DNA from: Jimgerdemannia flammicorona | Lineage: Eukaryota | Direction of reading: 5' to 3' | Assembly: GCA_003990765.1 (NCBI GenBank) | Contig: RBNJ01000075.1 | Coordinates: 1 to 43,496 of the forward strand | DNA: 43,496 nt | Part shown: one piece after another, positions 36,410 to 43,496 of the stretch | Layout: every line of letters starts with the position of its first letter | Numbering within the stretch: the stretch's first letter is position 1 | Translations under genes and position numbers: made by a program | Notes under the pieces: generated by a model | What the model was told of the DNA's origin: nothing | The model's database searches: none | Seen by the model: only the letters and a program-made list of their open reading frames with translations

Positions 36410-36740
36410 TTAACTTTTACTCATCAAGACATTGTATATTGATGCATGTAAATATAAAGAACAAAACTTTTTTCTAAACCCTTTATCTCCTAAGTACTGT
36501 AATTCATGAGAGTGAAATTCAAAATAATCTTTAATTACTTTTATGTGTCCTTTGTCTGAATTTGAGTTTAAACTACCAACAATCTCTCTTATTTTCTGTT
36601 TAGTTAAATTGTTCATTTTCATAATATCAAAAAAAATTTTAATGCTTTGTTTTCTTCTAAAAGTTGTTTGTTCCTCTCTTGAAGTTCATTTAGTATATTG
36701 TTTACCATGGGTTTTTATTTTTAGTATTCTTGCACTTTAA
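36410..36740 (-). pseudogene. Possible second ORF downstream of the Sola-like transposase
   Basis: ORF 36410-36622 can be extended upstream in frame to ~36720; no recognisable motif. Confidence 0.3.
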
Positions 36741-36853
36741 AGGCAGAAAAGCTAAAAGTATTTGTTAAAAGATTAAACTTACTAAACTTAATGACAGAAA
36801 GGATAGACAAAGAGTAATAGAGGTGATCAATTTTATTCAAAACATTTTATTTA

Positions 36854-37720
36854 TTATTCACTATTAGAGTAGATTGGCTTTGGATAAGTAATATCTTTAA
36901 ATTCATCCTGGACAAAGGGGTAAATATAACTATAAAGGTATTCCTGATGTTTCAACTCCATAGAAGGAGGCATTAGTACTGGAAATGATACTGCTTTGAT
37001 TTTTTCTGTAACTGGAGAAGTTGTAGATTTACTAGCCTTCAGTAAATTGAATTTCTAGAAGGGGCCATTCACAACTTCTTGGGCTTTAATTATCCCAGGA
37101 CTAGCACTAGTGAAAAGAAAGTACTGAAACTTTTGCAGACCAGGCAATCTTTTAAAATAAGTTTCTAGGCCACTTATGATGTCATAATATTGAAAACCTT
37201 CATCATTATTATAACATTGAGTTTTATTTAGTCCAGTGATGCTAGATCTTTTCACCATATCAACAATATGATCTATACAATCTATTATAGTTTTATGATA
37301 AAGTCTCTTAATTAATCCAAAACTACCATCATATTTGAATTTAGTATGACCAGGAACTATGAAATTTAACTTGATACTTTCATAATAACCAGTAATTACT
37401 AGATATAGGTAAAACCAAAGTGCAGTATTATTTTTGTTTTATCCACCTATATTGTCACAGATAATCTTCAAATTCTTTTCACCTTTATTCAATTGCTTAA
37501 TTCTATCGAAAACTAAGCTAAGCATACCATTCAGACCCTTTCTAAGCAGTTCATTCTCATCAAGAATATAATTAATTTGCTTGTGGACTACTTCATCTTG
37601 GATACCAAATAAATGTACCTTGCAAGTACTAAGATAATACACTTTATCAATTTGTTGATCTGAATGGGGCACATGAACATTTTGTACTCAATCATAACTA
37701 TAATGAGTGGTAACATCATC
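36854..37720 (-). pseudogene. C-terminal part of a Sola1-like (DUF7869-type) DDD transposase
   Basis: One frame: HYSYD*VQNVHVPHSDQQ..YYLS..VHLFGI..IICDNIGG*NKNN..FIVPGHTKFKYDGSFGLIK, joining ORFs 37439-37672 and 37055-37258. The 5' part is cut by a LINE. Confidence 0.75.
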
Positions 37721-37721
37721 A

Positions 37722-40700
37722 AAGCACCTTTCTCTGGTACAATTCACATTATACCAACTTCAAGCAATGCTTTTCAATATAATTTGGAGAAAAGATATTA
37801 TAAAAATATTATCAAGTAAGAGTTTTGATGAGCATGCTGGGTTGGGTGGACCTGGGGTATTCAGCTGGTAGAATGTAGAGAGAGGTTATGGCCTAGAGAT
37901 GGAGACCTTTGGTGGGTCAAAGAGTGGAGAGAGCTCTGGAGGAGGACTGGTGGCTGGTGGAAATGGTGGAAGGTCTGGTCTCTGGAGCTTCATGAACAAG
38001 GTGAAGGAGAGTAGATAACTGGCTGGAGCTAGAGCTAGTGCTACTGAGGAGAAGGGTAAAGCTAGTATAGGGAGAGAGACTGGTACTCAGGCTGGGGTTG
38101 CAAGCATAGATGCTGGAGATACTGGGGCTAGGGAAGTAACTGCTGATAGGAGTGTGATAGAGAATTAGAAAAAAAAAAAAGATATGATGGCTGATGGTGA
38201 GGTGGGGCAAGGGTTCCCAAAGTGGAAGGGAGACCTGGCTGATGGTGTGATAGGGCTGATAGTGGTACTATTACTCAAGAAGTCAATCTTGGAATTTGCT
38301 GTGATCTTGTGCTTCTGGGGCTTGGCAGTGATGGTGAGGATGGTCTTGGGAATTATCTCTAAGCAGGTGGCTAGAGTGGCCTTGGTGAAGTTCCTGAAGG
38401 GACTGGAGGAGATTGAGGTGGGCTTTGAGAAGGCAGGCTCACTGGAAGAGACTTTGAAAACTGGAGTGGCTGTAGGGGAAGTGGTGGTCCCTATGATGCA
38501 CTGTCTGAGATGGGACCCCAGAGTAGTTCAGCTACTAGTGAAGGGAGTGCCTATAGTGATGACCATTGAGACTAAGAGAAGGGTCAAGGAGGTGATGGCA
38601 GAGTGCAGTGAGGTAGTTGATATTGATTTCCAGATGTGGGAGGGGACTGCCTTCAGGACTAGAGATATTGATGTCCAGATTAGACTAGTGGGAAAAGAGG
38701 CCACTGGAAAGACAAGTGACTGGCCATCAGTAATACTATGGGCTTTTATCTGTTGGGTGTTGAGGATGAAGAGGAGTGAGGAGGAGGAGGAGGAGGAGAA
38801 GGAGGAGGAGAATCTGTTGGAGACTCTGGAGGAGATGGGTGAAGCTGTCAAGCAGAGGGCAAAGACATAGAAGTTGTATGTTGAGTTGACACATTTGGAG
38901 ATTGTAGATAGGAAGTATATCTGGACTGACAAGAGGTAGTGGGAGAGAGCTCAGGGGTATAAGCTGCAGAGGGAGTTGTTGCCAAATCCAGATGGAGGGG
39001 CAAAGATGAATACTGGAGGTGCTCTGAAGTCTAGGGGTATAGAGGTAAGTATTTGGACCAATAAGGAAGGAGGGGATATGGAGGAGGGTTTAGATGGGAC
39101 TGGGAAGCCACCACATGGTGACCCTTATGCAGATGGTATGCTGGAAGTTTGGTATGTTGAATTGGATGATACTCCCCCTCTTGTTAGGAGGGGTCTGGCT
39201 GGGAAGAGCAGGGTGACAGAGGATGTACCAATGCATGGTGCCCAGCAAGTATACTTTGGAGTGCCTGATGTGGTGAAAGGAGGACAGATGGTGGCAGTTG
39301 GTAAGGATGAACTGGTGGATGTCTCAGAGGAGGGGTGGAATGAGACTGTGAGTGTGGGGGCAGATACCATGATGCTGGATGCAGGAAGGCCAGTGATACC
39401 AGAGAGGAAAGAGGTGGGGAATCTATTGTGGATGAGCTGGATGATGAGTGACTTTGTAGCTAAAGAATTAGGAGAAGTAGACCTGAGAGTGATGCCCAAG
39501 GAGCACTAGGCATAGATCCTATATAGTGATAAGGTGGTGGAGGCACTGAAGGCAGAGATACTCACAATTTTCCTGAAAGAGGAGAGGTATGAGATGGATG
39601 AGGAGAGGGAGGCTGAGCTGGCAGTTGTTGCCAGTGAGTGGACTGCTTACTGCTGAACAGAGCATCATGGTTTGCAACTCTGGCAGGAGGCTTGTATGGA
39701 GTATCATGAGGACTTTGAGGAAAAGGAGAATGGGGAGATGGCAGAACTTCTGGTAAAATTGGAGGTGAAGGAGACTGAAGAGGAGGAACTGGTAGCAGAA
39801 CATAACTTAGACTTGGTACAGGAGAGGAGGGATTTGAACTTGTAGAGGATGAGTGAGATCTGACTTTTAAATAATATTCTAAATGAATAGTATAACTAAT
39901 ATTTTTTCTCTGAATGTGAATGGATTAAAGAGATCTGGGCCATATAAGAACATTTTCACTTGGCTTAAGGGATTGGAGGCTGATCTCTTTCTACTGTAGG
40001 ATATATGTTGTAAGGATGATGAGAATTGAGTAGAATGGACTAGAGAATGGGGAGAGGCTACAGTTTGGATGGGCAAGGTGGTGATCTTGGTGCAGGGTAG
40101 CAAAGGAGATTTGGGGAGAATCAGGAGCTGGGGTGACCATTTGGTATGGGGAGAATAGCACCAACTGGGGTGGGAGCCTGTTTGCTACTGCCCTATAGCT
40201 AGGGGTGAGAGAATTGTGTAGATTAGAGATCTTTTGGAGGAGAGTGTTCTCTTGGAGAATGGCATCGATGTTCTGGGAGGTGACTTCAATATGGTACAGA
40301 ATCTTAAGTTGAATAGAACTGATGGAGGAAGGAGTGTAGGTGGGAGAAGTGGTGGCCTAGATGTATGAGAGGAGGTGGAGAACCTTAGCTCCTTAGGAGA
40401 TATGGACCATACATGGTAGAGAGAAAGAAGAGTCTATACATACTAAGTAAATGGCTTTGGGTTGAGAATTGACTGGATCCTGATGGCTGAATACTGGGGT
40501 ATAGATGTCTGGAGAACTCTAGAGATAGAGTGGTGCCTATGGTCAGATCACTAGAGACTGTTAGGATGGGGGCAGTTTGGGGGAAGTGGAGATGGACCTG
40601 GACATTGGTACCTTAACTCCTCCCTGCTAGCTGAGAAGGTTTTGTGGGATACTTGGGTAGAGGATATTCAGAGGAAGATCATTAGATAGTTACATAAGGG

Positions 40701-43496
40701 CTCACCAGTGGATGTCTGGTGATTGAAATTGAAAGAGGCTGTGAGAATCTACTGGGGTAAAGCTGGTAGAGATACTGGGAGAAGGAGAAGGCAAAGGGTG
40801 TGGTATGCCTTCAATAGGTTGGTTAGGTTACAGATGGAATAGGCAAGTTTGATTAATTCTGGAGAGGTCAATGATTGGCAGCTTGGATGAGCTCAGCTGG
40901 AAGTAGTGGAGCTACAGCAGGTGCTGAGAGAGGAGGAAGAGATGCAAATGAAAGGAATGGCAGCTAGGCTGAGGTGGCAGAGGCTTGAGGAGAGTGAGCA
41001 GCCTACTAAGTACTTGTTGAGGCTCCTCTAGGCAAGAAGGGTACAATATTGATGGGATGGTGTCCTTGATGAAGAGGGGGAAATGATACATAGTATACAA
41101 TAGATCTTGGGGTTGCTGAAGAAGTAGTGGAGGAGTCTGTGAAGTGAGAAGGAAGAGGGTGTAGATGAAGTAGCAATTGGAGATACTCTGGAGGACTGAG
41201 AGTTACTATAAGTTAAAGGCTTGGGAGATTTGATTCTACCAGTCCAGGAGAAGGAGATCCTGAGAGTCCTTGCAGCAACTAAGCTTTAAATGGCACCAGG
41301 AGAGGATGGTTTGCCTTGGGACTTCTGGAAGAAGATAGCAAGAGTCCCTGGAATATTAGGAGAGATGACAGCCCCCTGTGATCTTGTTCTTCTGAATGGT
41401 TGGTGGGTTGGAGAACAGGACCTAAGCTGGTAGCCCTGTTATATAAGGACAAAGAGAGGAGAGAGGACTGAAAGAACTAGAGACTGATTATGCTTCTGAA
41501 TATGGACAGGAAGATGGATACTAAGGTGATTGTAGTGAGACTACAGAAGGTTGCCCAATAGGTGCTGGGTGAGGAGCAGTGGGGCTTTATTGGAGGCAGA
41601 CTTATCAGAGATGGCATGGCTTGGGTATATGGCATCATTAAAGGGGTACAAGCTTGTAGATTGGATGGGAGACTGGTCTTTTTAGACCAGAAGAAGGCCC
41701 ATAACTATATTCAGCAAGTGTGGCTGGAAAAGGTACTGGACAGGATTAGAGTTCCCATACTATTTCGGGCTTCTATATTGAGTCTGTTGGAGGGCAGTAG
41801 GGCAGTGCTATTGTGTAATGGGCACCAGGGTCTGGCATTTCCCCTGGGGAGAGGAGTTCCTCAAGGGGATCTACTGTCTCCTATTCTTTATACCCTTTCA
41901 TTGGAATCTTTAATGGATAGAATTTAATGGAAGGTGGCAGGACTCTCTATCTATGATATAGTGTGGAAGGTGGGGGCCTTTGCAGATGACTGGTGGTTGG
42001 ACTTGGATCAGTGGCAGATGTTGGGGCTCTTAAGGAGACAGTAGAATGTTATGAAGCACATTCTAGTATGAAACTCAACATAAGTGTGAGACAATAGTAT
42101 TGGGAAATAGACTGGTAGGAGGAGAGGTCATTGGAACAATTGTCTCAGCAGGAGAGGTGGTGAGGTATTTGGATATCTTTCTTTTGATATATGGATCTAT
42201 CTTGCTATGGGTATGATGGGAGAGGAGGGTGGCTGTCTGGGAGGAGGTTCTTAGAGATTGGGAAGGTTGCCACATCTCACTTGTGGGCTGAGTATCGATT
42301 CTGAATGTCTACTGGTTTCCTAAGCTGTGGTATATTGCCTATCACTTGGACTTTCTGACTTAGGTGGTAAAGAGACTGATGAAATTGACTAGAGATTGGA
42401 TTTGGGCTGAAAGAAGGTCTCAGATCTGTTGGGATACTCTTTTATTGCTGGTCACTCAAGGGAGACTAGGACTGGTAGATCTTCCTAAAAGGCTGCACTG
42501 TCTGAAAGCTTGGTGGTTGAAGCAAGCAGTTGATTATAGGGTGGGAGTTGAGTGCTGCTAATGCAGAAGATGTGGGAGATGAGATTCTCTCTACAAGGGT
42601 TCTTGGGGAATTTGCTTTCTCTGGTGGACCTGAATGGAAGCTGTTGGCTATGGTATAAAGGCTTCTGGTGAGGGGTGGCAGATAGAATACATCACATAGA
42701 CTTATACTGGCATAGTAATAAAGAGGAGATGCTGTGGGGTCCAGCTATGTAGAGATGGGACAGACTGCTTTTGGAGGGCACTCTACTTCTTAATTTTGAT
42801 ATTAGTGAGAGAGTGGAATGTCAGTGGGGACTCAGTCAGGATCTTTGGCCTAGTAGTTGGTAAGCAGTAGAGATATATAAGAAGTGAGACTAGGCAGAAG
42901 TCTGGTCATAGAGTGCTGAGGTACAGAAATGGCTTCCTCCCAAGTTCTGGATAGTATGGTGGTAGATGCTATAGAGGAATATTATGTTGAACTTTCAGGC
43001 TGGACATCTGGTAGATGGTGGCCTACTGGAGTATGTGAGGAGTACTATAATGTGGGATAAGTTGGGGGATTTGTACAGATGCCTGAATATTGGCTGGAGG
43101 AATATGAGGTTTTGGGAAACTTTTAAATAGCAGTAGGAGACCAGCTAGATGTAAGAAGGAGACCAGATGGAAAGAGAGATCATTGGGAGGACTTGAGAAC
43201 TAGATTGGTGGGAGGTATAGGTAATGAATAGCTTACTATAGGGTGGACTTTGGCTGTATGGGTAGAACTGGCTGGATATTGACTATTTGTTTTTAAGAAG
43301 AGATAGCAGTTGAGATTACCAGAGAAGATGTTGAGGTGAGAGGAGTTGATGGGAGATTTATTATCAGAGTGGTAGATTGGATAGGGTCTCCAGAGTGGGC
43401 ATAGATGCCATCTGGTGGAAGGAATCTGTAAACAGAGCAGTAATCAGATAGAGATGAGGAATGATTTAGTGATCTTTAATCAAGAAGGTATAGGGG
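37722..43496 (+). mobile_element. Near full-length L1-clade LINE (ORF2 from ATG 39883), running off the window end, inactivated
   Basis: 5' UTR similar to the reverse complement of 15800-15900. ORF1 pieces 38184-39509. APE NIFSLNVNGL, RT QWGFIGGR..DQKKAH, GVPQGDLLSPILY, FADD. Confidence 0.92.

Overview
Eukaryotic fungal DNA. The intron-rich genes, L1-clade LINEs, chromoviral Ty3/Gypsy and Sola-like elements suggest an early-diverging fungus such as Mucoromycota; this is inferred, not searched. A CpG-rich gene island (~16.3-25.6 kb) holds two head-to-head housekeeping genes: a GBF1/Gea2-type Sec7 ARF-GEF (minus) and the mitochondrial AAA-ATPase BCS1 (plus). Both sides are nested, dead transposons: three Ty3/Gypsy remnants, several L1-clade LINE copies (one full length with an 18-bp TSD), a hAT-type MITE, a Sola-like transposase and a hairpin-rich unclassified repeat. 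The repeats are almost CpG-free and full of C>T/G>A nonsense changes, many in CpA context, which resembles RIP. The most unusual structure is a ~2.07-kb LTR, present as a 3' LTR and as a solo LTR nested inside it. Its U3 holds a ~365-codon ORF with two PPxY motifs, preceded by its own promoter-like motifs. A probable homolog of the ORF's N-terminal domain follows the integrase of another Gypsy element, and a related LTR lacking the ORF is also present.
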